Shown here in pieces: positions 37,365-47,590 of a stretch of DNA of 64,000 nucleotides. A model generated the notes under the pieces. The model worked only from the letters and a program-made list of their open reading frames with translations. It made no database searches and was not told where the DNA came from. Position 1 is the stretch's first letter. Each line of letters opens with the position of its first letter. Source of the stretch: a virus; IMG/VR virus record IMGVR_UViG_3300042924_005659; one strand, written 5' to 3'. The position numbers and the translations under genes are program-made.

Positions 37365-40309
37365 TATGCACTCACCTTCGTATCAAGGCTCTTTAGAGAT
37401 TCTGCGGTAGAGCTCATCGAGCTTGCCATCAGTCTATTGACTGCCAGGAGATCGACCATAGTCTTAGCAGAAGTCAGTGTTGCTTTTTGCGCTTCATCCG
37501 TCTGCTTCTGCTGCTCAGTCATCTTCTCCCGCTCGACCTTGTCTTTGTTCATTATGTCCCGCTCTACCTCAGTTCGAAGCGTCTCTATCTTCTTGGCTCG
37601 TTCGGCGGGATCCTTTGTTTCCAAGATTTGATTAAAGGCAGTCATGTCTGCCTTCTGGCGCTCAAGAATCTGTAGTCTGGCGGTATCTCCCGAGCTCTTT
37701 GCCGCAGCTAAATCTGAGTCTATATTGGCCAACGACTCCTGAACGGCCTTTCTCATGCCGGGATCGGTAACTCCGCTGGCGGACTGTAGTAGCTCAGTGA
37801 ATGAGAAGCCGTCCTGATCGACTGCGGTCTCTGCCTCTTGTTGAGACATTCCGCCCTTTACCTTTTCCGCTATCTTGCTGTCTCGTATCTGCTTAAGGCC
37901 TTGGGATAACACATTCTGCATGCTGCTATCCGACTTGAATACGTCATTCAGCATTCTCTGATTCTCAGTAATAGCAGTAGCGGTTATCTCCATGCTGGTC
38001 ATTCCGCCATTTCTAGCACGCTCCGCCTCTTCGGCTTGGCGTATGCGTGCAGTGCGCATAGTTCCCTTGTCGGAAGCTAAGCCGAAACGATCCATGCGCT
38101 CGCCAAGATTGGACAGCATGGCGTTCTTGACCTCAGGTCTTAATGCCCCAGAGGTCTCCAGCTTGTTCAAGAGATCTACTCTGGCCTGCTGGCTGTCCAG
38201 CTTATTAAAGGCAGCTGCAAACTGAGTAAAGTCCATGGCCTTGATCTGATCGGCAGTCATTCCAAATGCCGACATCAGCTCAGAGCCGCCTGCCGTGGTC
38301 ATGTCGGCAACTACCTTCTCTATGTCCACACCTTGTTCGGTAAAGGCGCGCTTTACGGCTCCGGTAACGCTTACGTTCTCGTTTTGCGCATAGAACCTAT
38401 TGATATCGTTCATCGACATGGACATTCCTGCAGCCACGGCTTCTCGACCGGTAAATGCCGCCAGGTTTATTCCCTGCTTGCTGGCCAACAGCTGATTGAC
38501 CGCCCCTGGATCAATGTCTCGCCCGGCACGGAAGTCATTTACAAAAGATTGAATCTCCTGCTCGGAGACTACGCCGGCATTTCTAGCCAACTGCAACGAG
38601 GCAAACGCCTGTACAGACGGATTCTCCATTCCCTTCGCAGCGATGTCTCTCGATAATGCCAAAGCTTGATCCATAGTCATAGGCGTTCCCATGGTTCTGG
38701 ATAGAGCTACACGAGACATGGCGGCCGTGCCCATTGCGATTCCTGCCGATCCTCCCAGGCCCATGTCCTGAGCTAGCTGCGCTGCAGTCTGCAATACGGC
38801 CATGGATCCACGGGCATCTTGTCCTGCGAACCTGCCTATTTGAACCGCCTGCTCAACTTGCTGCATCATGGAAGCTCCAGCCTTTCGCTGAGCCTCGGCC
38901 TGCAGGAATTCCTCAGTACGGGCATCCACAGGTCCGGTAAATCCTGCCTTTAGTCTGGAGAATTCCCGGCCTGCGGCATTAGCCAGCTCCTCGCCAAATC
39001 TTCCACCATAAATGCTCTGCATGGACTGAGTTATCTCATTAACCTGCATGCCCATGCGCTTACCGGCCTCTACGACGGCGCTAAAGCCTTCAAGCTGTCG
39101 TGCTATGCCGTCTTCTAGTCTCTTTACGTCTTCTGGCTTTATGGCACCAAAGAGATCTACTCCACTTGAGCTAAGCAGCCCAGAACGAGTAAGCTCCTGC
39201 ATTAGCTGCCCGGACTTGCTTGCACCCATTCTACGCAGACCGGAATATGGACCACCTTCGGATTCAAGTTGAGAGGTAAGTCCTGCGGCGATGCGATCCA
39301 ACGTGAATACACGTTTGCCGTTTTCCTCAAAGGTAGCCGTTCCCAAAGCGCCCATCATTGAGAGAGATTGTGTTGCCGCTGAGGTAAACTGCATTGGATT
39401 TCTATCCAATCCAGTAATCCCCATCAACATGTCGCCAAGGCCGGCCATCGCTCCTGCTTCGGCGCCGCCCATGGTTCCTGCTGGAATCATCGACGATACT
39501 GTCATGGCAAGATTGCCAAGATTTGCGGCATTTGTAGCCGTGTTAAGTATGGTCTGCGCTTTGCGCTTTAATGCAGGATTGTTATTAAGCAGCTCATTCG
39601 CTTTCTTGGCTGCCTCGGGAGTGTTCTGTCTTGCCAGCTCCATTAGCGGCTGAAGCTCAGGATCAGCTATGCTCTGACCTGTTGCCGCAGTGAACAGATC
39701 GAATACGCCTTTGAAGCGAGATCCCTCGCCAGACAAAGCATTTACATTGGCCAGCTGTACTCCTAGATTGTAGCCTTCGCCCTGCTGTTCAAATCTCTGT
39801 AGCGGGACTCCGAAATTAGTATTGGAGTACTTTAAGTATTCTCGAGTCTGCGCAAGCTCTTCGTTGTACAGATCTATGGCGGCTTGGCTTGAAAAGTCGG
39901 CAGGCATGCTGAGAGCACGAGGAATGGACTTGCCTAATCGTCCTTGCAGTTGCGCATACATGAACGCTCCTGCATCTCCTCCGCCGATTGGCATGGAAGA
40001 CATCATGGACGACACCGCGCCTGATATAGGTCCGAACATTCCTCGTAAGCCAGGAGAAGTGACCAGTCCTCCGGCCATCTGAGTCATGGCGCCGGCCTCT
40101 GGCCCAAACATAGACCCTACAATATTGCTAAATTGTCCAAACATTGTTGGACTCGTAAATGGCTGCGGACCAAGATAAGTCGTATTGGCCAATGGCACAT
40201 TGCTACCAGACATTTGCATATTTGCCTGGAGTTGGCTGGCAATTTGAGCCATCATGGCTCTATTTTGCAGCTGATATGCCTGCAGAGGATTTGAGAAGGG
40301 ATCGTTCAT
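37364..40309 (-). CDS. tail tape measure protein
   Basis: 981 aa, Ala/Gly/Met/Gln-rich helical, directly downstream of the chaperone/frameshift pair. Confidence 0.8.
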   Translation of the reverse strand: MNDPFSNPLQAYQLQNRAMMAQIASQLQANMQMSGSNVPLANTTYLGPQPFTSPTMFGQFSNIVGSMFGPEAGAMTQMAGGLVTSPGLRGMFGPISGAVSSMMSSMPIGGGDAGAFMYAQLQGRLGKSIPRALSMPADFSSQAAIDLYNEELAQTREYLKYSNTNFGVPLQRFEQQGEGYNLGVQLANVNALSGEGSRFKGVFDLFTAATGQSIADPELQPLMELARQNTPEAAKKANELLNNNPALKRKAQTILNTATNAANLGNLAMTVSSMIPAGTMGGAEAGAMAGLGDMLMGITGLDRNPMQFTSAATQSLSMMGALGTATFEENGKRVFTLDRIAAGLTSQLESEGGPYSGLRRMGASKSGQLMQELTRSGLLSSSGVDLFGAIKPEDVKRLEDGIARQLEGFSAVVEAGKRMGMQVNEITQSMQSIYGGRFGEELANAAGREFSRLKAGFTGPVDARTEEFLQAEAQRKAGASMMQQVEQAVQIGRFAGQDARGSMAVLQTAAQLAQDMGLGGSAGIAMGTAAMSRVALSRTMGTPMTMDQALALSRDIAAKGMENPSVQAFASLQLARNAGVVSEQEIQSFVNDFRAGRDIDPGAVNQLLASKQGINLAAFTGREAVAAGMSMSMNDINRFYAQNENVSVTGAVKRAFTEQGVDIEKVVADMTTAGGSELMSAFGMTADQIKAMDFTQFAAAFNKLDSQQARVDLLNKLETSGALRPEVKNAMLSNLGERMDRFGLASDKGTMRTARIRQAEEAERARNGGMTSMEITATAITENQRMLNDVFKSDSSMQNVLSQGLKQIRDSKIAEKVKGGMSQQEAETAVDQDGFSFTELLQSASGVTDPGMRKAVQESLANIDSDLAAAKSSGDTARLQILERQKADMTAFNQILETKDPAERAKKIETLRTEVERDIMNKDKVEREKMTEQQKQTDEAQKATLTSAKTMVDLLAVNRLMASSMSSTAESLKSLDTKVSA

Positions 40310-40316
40310 AGATACG

Positions 40317-40670
40317 CTATTCGTCTATTTTACCAAAAAGCGCCTTCCACTCTTCATAAAGCTCCTCGTTAGTCTGCTGCTGTTTGCGAATAGTCAGATC
40401 TATTGAATAATCCACCTTGTCCAGGTATTCAGACGTAGCCGTGTTTAATGGCTCCAGGGGGCTTTCGTAGATGCCCGCAGCTACTATCGCCCGTCTGTTG
40501 TCCAATACGACTGCAGCCAATTCTCGCTGCCTTAGATAGGATCTAAAGGCCAATAAAACATTCTCTCTGGCTACTCCCAAAACGCTGCCATCTGGTGCAT
40601 GGCTATAAAGAGCATTTTGATATGCGTCAAGAATCAGTAGGGACCATCGGCCCCATTTGGAAAAAAATTT
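40317..40670 (-). CDS. -1 frame extension of the tail assembly chaperone (gpGT-type, ~369 aa fusion)
   Basis: The -1 frame is open from AAATTTTTTT (40670-40661) to the stop at 40317; the track call starts at a TTG without a clear SD. Confidence 0.8.
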   Translation of the reverse strand, partial: KFFSKWGRWSLLILDAYQNALYSHAPDGSVLGVARENVLLAFRSYLRQRELAAVVLDNRRAIVAAGIYESPLEPLNTATSEYLDKVDYSIDLTIRKQQQTNEELYEEWKALFGKIDE

Positions 40671-41425
40671 GCATCCGCTGTCTCCTTGGTCATCTGCAGG
40701 ACTTCCGAGTCGAATCTTTGATACTTCTCGAAAAGTACGTTATATAGAGGAGTGCTTATGTCTGCAAATTTATCTACGGCAGCCCAAAGTACTTTTTGTC
40801 CAGGAGAGCCGTATACCGAGGCCTCCTTCTTCTGCATGTTTCCTGCGGAGTCCTTAACAAAGAAAGTTTCTTTTTTAGGTACGCTAGGATACATATCGAA
40901 GACGTTTGAATATGACTTGAGGTTAATGCCGTCCTCAGAATCAAACTGAAGTTCGCACAAAGATACAGCTAGGCAGAACCTCATGTGCGCTCCTGCCAAA
41001 GCCATCATGGAGGAGTAAGGTACTCTACCGCTTTGAATTACAATTGCTTCAGATACAGCATCGAGCTCTGAAGTCGACAGTGTCTTAAATGTAGCTTTAA
41101 CCTTGCCGCCAAATAACTCAAATGTACGACGGTATGCCTTATTCGACACTACAGACTTAAGAAACTTTATCTTCTCTTCCTCAGGAATGACTAAATCCGG
41201 CTCGGGCACCTTTGCACCCTGCTGAAGATTTTCATTTAGCTGCTTTATATTTTCACTTAAGTCTTCAATCTTCTGCTGAGCCTGCTTAGCAGACTGACGC
41301 ATATCTGGAGGTAAATCATCCTCTGCCACAGGGGCTACCTGCTCTGGTGGAGCATCAGCCTCAACTAGGTTTCCCGCCTCGTCTGCCTTATAGATCTTAC
41401 CTGGCTTTAGGGCCTTGAAGTCCAT
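40634..41425 (-). CDS. tail assembly chaperone (gpG-type)
   Basis: Upstream of the tape measure; YRRTFELFGGKVKATFKTLSTSE; slippery site 8 codons before the stop. Confidence 0.8.
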   Translation of the reverse strand: MDFKALKPGKIYKADEAGNLVEADAPPEQVAPVAEDDLPPDMRQSAKQAQQKIEDLSENIKQLNENLQQGAKVPEPDLVIPEEEKIKFLKSVVSNKAYRRTFELFGGKVKATFKTLSTSELDAVSEAIVIQSGRVPYSSMMALAGAHMRFCLAVSLCELQFDSEDGINLKSYSNVFDMYPSVPKKETFFVKDSAGNMQKKEASVYGSPGQKVLWAAVDKFADISTPLYNVLFEKYQRFDSEVLQMTKETADANFFPNGADGPY

Positions 41426-41427
41426 GT

Positions 41428-44154
41428 TTATTCCTTGGTTCTAATTTTATTCTCAGCGATAATGGTGTAGTTGCCCTCAAAGCTTTGGGCTTGACTACTT
41501 AGAGTTACAGGCTTATCGAAGCCATCCTTCTTGAATCTTAGCTTGTCGTCGACAAAGCGCGAATCGGGATTCATTTTTCCAAACTTTTCCAGCAGAGCTG
41601 TTGTGCCTGGCCAGAAGTAGCTACGATCTGCCCCAATTCCTGGAGTGGCAGCTCCTGAGGGCTTCGTAGGATCAACGCCCTTGAAGATCATTGGCTTGCC
41701 TACGCCTTGAGCACGATAGGTCTGCTGCCAATCACTTTCAAACATTACAAATTGAGTGTCATCCGGAATGCCCCGCAACTCAGAGCCTGGGTAGCAGAAG
41801 GTGAGGTTCTTGAGAGAGCTAGACGTCGTACCTACTACCGACAAGTCTACCTGCTCCTGCATTTCCTGTTGGCTCTGTACGTAATCTTGAATGCCGTCAG
41901 ATTGATCTGAAATAGCGGTTTGAATGGTCTTTACGTATTCCTGTAGAGTGGAGTCCTCCAGCTTTCCTATTTGAGTACTTACTCCAGCATAGGAGCTAGA
42001 GGTCATGCCTCTTGAGAATACGCCGGAGCCCTTCACCAGGAACTGCATGTCTCTGTCTTTTCCGGAGGCCAGCAGGCTATTTCCCTGCATGAAGAATCCG
42101 CCTGCAGTCTGCATTCCGACTCCGCTGCTTGTAAGCAAAAAGTTGGTGCTTGCATCAGGGTTGTCGACATTTGTTACAAACAGCACTTGCTCAGACAGAG
42201 ATATGCTTCGAGATCCCTTGGTGACTATGTCTGCCTTTCCAGAGTCTACATACACTCTACAGTTGTTAGTTTGATTGCCTATATAGACCTCTGAGGCTAC
42301 GCTACAAACGCTGGATTTAGGCGCCTTAAACCAAATACCTTTATAGGTATTGCTGTTGTTATTGGGATCCTTGAAGGTCTCGTCGTCCTCCTGGAAGACG
42401 TTTGTGGCCTCCGCCTTGGACTCAAGTAGAATGCCTCCTGCTCCGTCGTTACCTGCCAGAACTGACACGTTGCGATCGGCGTGAAGCCGTATGTCGCCAA
42501 TATTGGCACTTAGCTCAACGTCCGTTCCAGCTATATGAGACACGGTGTCTCCAGCCATCGACACCACGTTTCTACCTGCTCGCAAGGTGATGTCTCCTGG
42601 GCAGGATATATCTATGGATCCCGCACGCATACTTATTGTGGAGCCGTAGCCGTCCTGAAGATGAATAGACCCATCTTCGTGCATCATTATCATTGCGCGG
42701 GATGCAAAGTACTTAGCCTCTTCACGAGCATTGATCTGCAGCTTGCCCAGCTGAGGAAGCTTTGCAAACATTCGTTCGGAGCTAACGCCATTAGAGGCAG
42801 ACACAAATCCTGAGCCATCTATCGTGGTCCTGAAGTTCGCTAAGTCTATTTCGTCTATATCCTTAAACGTCCAGTCATTGGTGCGCTCTTTAAAATTAAG
42901 AGTCGCCCTATGATTCTTGAATGCCGCAAGGTCGGAGCTGGCGGCTGTATACAACAAAGATGCGTGCGGCAGCTCTTCTTCAATGCCGGTAATAACTGCG
43001 TCTGCTGCATTGACCTCATTTTCAGATCTTGCCTGCTCAGCCGTCTCGGCGTCGTCTCCACGACTGTCGTCGGGGCGATATTGCTCTCTGGGAACAGGAA
43101 TGAGGCAGTCTTTTATAAACGCAATAGACTTGGCAGAAACTACCGTGTAGGCTCCGGAGGTATCCACGTGCTCTCTGAATACTCCGTTTTCATCCTGTTC
43201 ATCGGAGGCAGTAGCGAGCCGTACTGATTCAAGCTTTGGCACCGTTACAAAGCTAAGTTTGAGATTTCCTAAGTAACCCTCGAATTCAGAGTAGCGCCAC
43301 CAGCCTATCTGATCGACCTCCTGAGGCTTGTACGTGCCTGTAATCGCTTCCTTGCCTGGATAGGAGGATCTGTCTGTAGCGTCGGCTTTAGGTGCTTCTC
43401 CGTATTGTTCGGTTCCACCCAAAGACTCTATGACATAGGGATTAAGTCTGCGGACCTCGGTATAGTCTCCTACATCGGCAAATTTAAGAACTTCGGAACC
43501 AGCCGTATTCTGCTCATAATTAAATGCACTGACTCTTACCAAGGAGTCCAGGTAGTGGCACTCCACAGAGCAGTCCAGTCCGGATACAAGGGATGCGTGC
43601 AGTGCACCTACAAAAAGTCCGCAACCAAAGGAATTAAGTACTGTCGTATCTCCAGGATACGCATCAATAGGTTTACCTGCATTAAAGTTATGGAAGACGC
43701 AGTTAAGAGGCCCAGTGTCTGATATGTCGTCTCTGAAGCTGCCTACAGGCGAATTCGCAATGAGCTCCGGACTACCTAGGGAATTGCTCTCTCCTAAGTA
43801 TGAAGATATACCTCCCAGAATTACAGCCTGGTTTACTCCAAGCGCTGGAGTAGTCATCGCTAAGACTCTACTGCCTACGCCGTATAGAGAGCTGGTTCTA
43901 GTCGCAAAGCTATGAGTGCTGCCGGTGGGATCCAGGGCCACACCGACCATGTCTGGCATGCCAGCCACTCTAAGCCGGTAGCACTGCAACTGCTGGTTGA
44001 CTTCCAATACAGTTGCTACGAACGTATAGTCGTTTAATAGCGACTTACTGACCAATTCGGAAACGCGCATAGGCTGGTCGTACTTAACCGAAGTTAAGGG
44101 TGAGCCTGCTGCCGCAGAAACTTTAGTGGAATTAGTAGTGAGTGGGGTGCTCAT
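41428..44154 (-). CDS. baseplate central spike (gp5/gpV/VgrG C-terminal-like)
   Basis: N-terminal OB-fold-like ATVLEV...YGVGSRVLAM...AVILG; beta-helix-like IMMHEDGSIHLQDGYGSTISM...DITLRAGRNV. Confidence 0.75.
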   Translation of the reverse strand: MSTPLTTNSTKVSAAAGSPLTSVKYDQPMRVSELVSKSLLNDYTFVATVLEVNQQLQCYRLRVAGMPDMVGVALDPTGSTHSFATRTSSLYGVGSRVLAMTTPALGVNQAVILGGISSYLGESNSLGSPELIANSPVGSFRDDISDTGPLNCVFHNFNAGKPIDAYPGDTTVLNSFGCGLFVGALHASLVSGLDCSVECHYLDSLVRVSAFNYEQNTAGSEVLKFADVGDYTEVRRLNPYVIESLGGTEQYGEAPKADATDRSSYPGKEAITGTYKPQEVDQIGWWRYSEFEGYLGNLKLSFVTVPKLESVRLATASDEQDENGVFREHVDTSGAYTVVSAKSIAFIKDCLIPVPREQYRPDDSRGDDAETAEQARSENEVNAADAVITGIEEELPHASLLYTAASSDLAAFKNHRATLNFKERTNDWTFKDIDEIDLANFRTTIDGSGFVSASNGVSSERMFAKLPQLGKLQINAREEAKYFASRAMIMMHEDGSIHLQDGYGSTISMRAGSIDISCPGDITLRAGRNVVSMAGDTVSHIAGTDVELSANIGDIRLHADRNVSVLAGNDGAGGILLESKAEATNVFQEDDETFKDPNNNSNTYKGIWFKAPKSSVCSVASEVYIGNQTNNCRVYVDSGKADIVTKGSRSISLSEQVLFVTNVDNPDASTNFLLTSSGVGMQTAGGFFMQGNSLLASGKDRDMQFLVKGSGVFSRGMTSSSYAGVSTQIGKLEDSTLQEYVKTIQTAISDQSDGIQDYVQSQQEMQEQVDLSVVGTTSSSLKNLTFCYPGSELRGIPDDTQFVMFESDWQQTYRAQGVGKPMIFKGVDPTKPSGAATPGIGADRSYFWPGTTALLEKFGKMNPDSRFVDDKLRFKKDGFDKPVTLSSQAQSFEGNYTIIAENKIRTKE

Positions 44155-44161
44155 AAAAGTA

Positions 44162-44187
44162 ACTAGGCTCCGTTTCCGGAGCCTAGT
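44162..44187 (-). terminator. stem-loop terminator after the tail tube gene
   Basis: ACTAGGCTCCG-GAAA-CGGAGCCTAGT, perfect 11 bp, followed by TACTTTT. Confidence 0.85.
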
Positions 44188-44220
44188 ATAGCGCTTATCT
44201 TTGGATTTACAAACTCTAGG

Positions 44221-44694
44221 TTAGGCCAGTTCCATAGTCGAGAAGATCATCTGGACGTTCTCTCCGATGATTGCTGTATCGACGTTCATGGTAAGTCCAA
44301 ACTGTGCAATAACAGGCTCTCTGATGGTAATTGTATTGGTGTCTACATCAGTCTTGTCACAGCCTGCTACGCCTGAAAGCTCAAGATTCTTACCCTTAAC
44401 ATTGCACACATTGCCAAAGGTAGTGTAGAAGCTCTTTACGATTCCCTTCGAGCCTACGATCTTACCCAGTGCGAGAGTACCTGAGGCACGGCCGGCGATG
44501 TAATAAACATCGTCTGCCTTAGCAAGGTCGTAAACAAAGCTCACCTGCTGCTGATATGAGAGCTGGAGATTTTGAATTAAAAGTCCAGAGCTCTTACCAT
44601 CAGCACCCAAAGAGGGAAAGGTTAAAGTAGCTTTATCGACGCTGAAGCCGCCTACTACGTTTCTAGGTGTTTTGCCGAAAATTTCTGTAGCCAT
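44221..44694 (-). CDS. tail tube protein
   Basis: 157 aa directly after the sheath and before a terminator; GGAA/AGGA SD. Confidence 0.85.
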   Translation of the reverse strand: MATEIFGKTPRNVVGGFSVDKATLTFPSLGADGKSSGLLIQNLQLSYQQQVSFVYDLAKADDVYYIAGRASGTLALGKIVGSKGIVKSFYTTFGNVCNVKGKNLELSGVAGCDKTDVDTNTITIREPVIAQFGLTMNVDTAIIGENVQMIFSTMELA

Positions 44695-44706
44695 CTATGG
44701 TTCCTT

Positions 44707-47583
44707 TTAGATTACGAGGGTGATGTCAATGATGTTCATTGGCAGCGGTACGCTGATTTGAATCTTGACGAGAAGCGTATCCTGTGCGGTTGCTGGAACC
44801 GTGATAGAGACGATCTCGTAAGTCTTCAGCTGAGGACCTACTGTAATTGCACCATTGGTGGCGGCAAGAGTTCCGAGGGTCTGACGAATTGTGGCCTCGA
44901 CGAGAGCCGTAGTCTCTTCCGTGATGTTTACACGGCCGACTAGGTTGCGAAGAGCGTCACCAAGCGTAAACGACACGGAGTCTACGTTGCAGGTTACCGA
45001 CTGTTCCTTGCGATAAAGATCCAAGGTAGAAGTGCTGAGCTGACGCTCAGAGTAGATCTTGCCTTCGTTGGTATTACGAACTACCCAGATGCCTCCGTCG
45101 CGAAGAGTGTCCAGATCTGCCTCGCTGAAGAGCGGAGACGTGATGTTCAGGCCGTCGAAGCCAAGCAACTCTACGTTCGAGAGTGGCTGTTGTGGACGAG
45201 AGCCGGAACGAAGACCTGCGAATGCGCAGGCAACGTACCAGTTCTTTACCGAGGATCCGTCTACACGAAGTCCGTTAACTCCACGATCTGGGACAACTGC
45301 GAATACGCGCTCTGAGCTGAAGCCGCCCGCAACAGCTACATACTTGGATGCAGCAGCTGCCGAAGTTAGATCGCGGAAGATCTCGATCTTAAAGTTGGAA
45401 ATAGCTGGGTCTGTTGCAGAGCTGATTACGAGAGTGTCGTTATCAACTACTGCAAGCACCTTGTACTCAACGTAAGTCGTTCTACCGTAGGCATCAGTGT
45501 TAAACTTGGTGCGGACATAGTCACCGACCTGGACAGTTTCCGTAAACTTTGGAGCAACTGCGCCGCCCGACTCATTAACGGCATTTACGTACCACTTGCC
45601 TGCAGCGAATACAGCACTGGTGCCGAAGATATTGACGCCGTTTGCGTCCTTATCCTGGATCTTGTTGTGGAGTTCGATCTCCGGAGCAATCCACATGACG
45701 CGGAAGCGGCCGGTTGCAGGAGCAGACTCGTCTGTAACGTGGCCGACGAAGGCGTTCCAAATTTCGGACGAAGTGGTAAGTGGAACAAGGCCGTAGCAGT
45801 TGCGATTACCCTTGGCGAGAGACAAAGCGTCTGCAAAGCCACGAGTACCATTCAACGTCTGCGAGACGGTGGGGATGAAGTGCACTGTTGCGCCGTTGGC
45901 ATTGGACCACGCCTTGTAGACACCATATGCCAGAGGATTGTCTGGGTGGATGGTACCGAGCTGAGTAGTGATGTCGGCCAGGGTATTGACCGAACCGACT
46001 TCGCGGGCAATGGCCTGGAATGCACGATACTGAAGGTAGAACTTACCTGCAGTGACATATGCATCGGTTTGACCGCTGTTTACGGCGGAGTCGCGAGTGA
46101 TGAGAATGTTCTCTACCAGCAAGTTACGTGCATCAGAATCGGTTGGATTCTGCAAAGTCCAGTTTGGATTGACTCCGTTTGGTTGGTACTTACCGAGCTC
46201 AACAGTCTTCTTCTTGGAGAGTCTGAGGTGGGCTGGGGTAACTGACGAAGTAACCGCATCAGCAAAAACCAACTTATCTAGCACTGGGACGGATGCGCCA
46301 GTCACGGGAATCGTGAAGACGTCGCCACGAACAAAGCCCTTCTGTTGATTGGCTAGAGTGCCTCCTGCGCCACCAGCAACTAAGGTTATTTTAAGACCGT
46401 AGCTGCCAATAGTGATATCTGCAGTCTGGCCGTTAAGGACAGTAAATGTGCTGGTTACGTCAGCGCCATTGTTTGTAGAGACCTGGAACTGAGGGGCATT
46501 TGTGGTGTTTTCGTTTGCAAAGCTACCACCCTTGATGCAGCTAAGGATGTAGGTGGTGTTTGGAGTGCTAGCAGAGAAGCCGCCGGCGACAGTGCCAACA
46601 GTTGCAAAAGTACCGCCTGCGCCTAGAGTCAACTTAGTGTGAGCAACAGTGATGCTGAAAGATACGGTTGCACCAACAAAAGCTGTGTTATTAGAGAAGG
46701 CGAGTGCAACTGTAGCCCCACTTGGCAGAGCAGTAGTCACACCGGTTGTTTTGCCTGTTCCCGTAGCGCTATCTAGTCCAGTGTCGGAAACTACTACGTA
46801 ATCTACGGTCGTTGAAGTAACGGCCGTTACTGTGAGAGTATAGTTCGTTACAGTTCTACCAATAGATCTTGGATCTGCTGCATAAACAGTAGCTCCAGTG
46901 CCAGTTAGATAGGCTGCTCTACTTAGGGTAAAGTTAAATCCAGATACTCCTCCAATGCCGCTTTGGCTAGCGCCAGTTGCCGCACTAGATAACCCTTGGC
47001 TAGCCTCAGCGGCTATGTTATCCTTCTGAGTGCCTCCAGGCGTGCCAGACGAAGCACCAACTACAGTACCATCGAAACCGGTTACGACCGAAGTGTGGGC
47101 CAGACCTGAAGAGCTATAGATCTGGACAATATCGCCAACGGCGACATCCTGCACCAAGTTTACGTTACGAACTGTGCTAGAGCCCTTCCAACCCTGAGTT
47201 GAAACGCTGGAAGAGATGCTATTGGTACCTGCTGAAAGCGCAGTAGCAGCAAAGTTATTAGATTGAGCTAACTGAGCGTAAGTAAGGTAAGCGTCTTCTA
47301 CGAAAACCTTAGCATAATCGGCATCGAGCAATGAGGCATAGGCAATGCTGGGAATGGCGTAAGTGGTATCTGCAGTGAAGATACTTCTATCCGTACCGAC
47401 ATGGCTTGCGTCACTGCGCGTTGCTACAGTGGCGATAAAGCCAGAGGACTTCTCTGCGGCAACACCATAGCGAACTAGCTGGCAGCTAGGACCTACGATG
47501 CAGGCTCTGAGCTGCTGGGCCACGACATCAGGGGTAGCTTCAAATTCACGTCTAACGATTACGGCTGGTTTTGGGCTGGCCAT
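44707..47583 (-). CDS. contractile tail sheath protein (large, 958 aa)
   Basis: HPDNPLAYGVYKA, ACAFAGLRSG...QQPLSN, LRDGGIWVV, ERQLST, PLPMNIIDITL; precedes the tube. Confidence 0.9.
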   Translation of the reverse strand: MASPKPAVIVRREFEATPDVVAQQLRACIVGPSCQLVRYGVAAEKSSGFIATVATRSDASHVGTDRSIFTADTTYAIPSIAYASLLDADYAKVFVEDAYLTYAQLAQSNNFAATALSAGTNSISSSVSTQGWKGSSTVRNVNLVQDVAVGDIVQIYSSSGLAHTSVVTGFDGTVVGASSGTPGGTQKDNIAAEASQGLSSAATGASQSGIGGVSGFNFTLSRAAYLTGTGATVYAADPRSIGRTVTNYTLTVTAVTSTTVDYVVVSDTGLDSATGTGKTTGVTTALPSGATVALAFSNNTAFVGATVSFSITVAHTKLTLGAGGTFATVGTVAGGFSASTPNTTYILSCIKGGSFANENTTNAPQFQVSTNNGADVTSTFTVLNGQTADITIGSYGLKITLVAGGAGGTLANQQKGFVRGDVFTIPVTGASVPVLDKLVFADAVTSSVTPAHLRLSKKKTVELGKYQPNGVNPNWTLQNPTDSDARNLLVENILITRDSAVNSGQTDAYVTAGKFYLQYRAFQAIAREVGSVNTLADITTQLGTIHPDNPLAYGVYKAWSNANGATVHFIPTVSQTLNGTRGFADALSLAKGNRNCYGLVPLTTSSEIWNAFVGHVTDESAPATGRFRVMWIAPEIELHNKIQDKDANGVNIFGTSAVFAAGKWYVNAVNESGGAVAPKFTETVQVGDYVRTKFNTDAYGRTTYVEYKVLAVVDNDTLVISSATDPAISNFKIEIFRDLTSAAAASKYVAVAGGFSSERVFAVVPDRGVNGLRVDGSSVKNWYVACAFAGLRSGSRPQQPLSNVELLGFDGLNITSPLFSEADLDTLRDGGIWVVRNTNEGKIYSERQLSTSTLDLYRKEQSVTCNVDSVSFTLGDALRNLVGRVNITEETTALVEATIRQTLGTLAATNGAITVGPQLKTYEIVSITVPATAQDTLLVKIQISVPLPMNIIDITLVI

Positions 47584-47590
47584 AGTTCGG

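Noticed and set aside
31128-47583. Stand-alone contractile injection system (eCIS, tailocin or T6SS)
   Set aside because: Capsid, terminase and replication genes are on the same fragment, so this is a phage tail.
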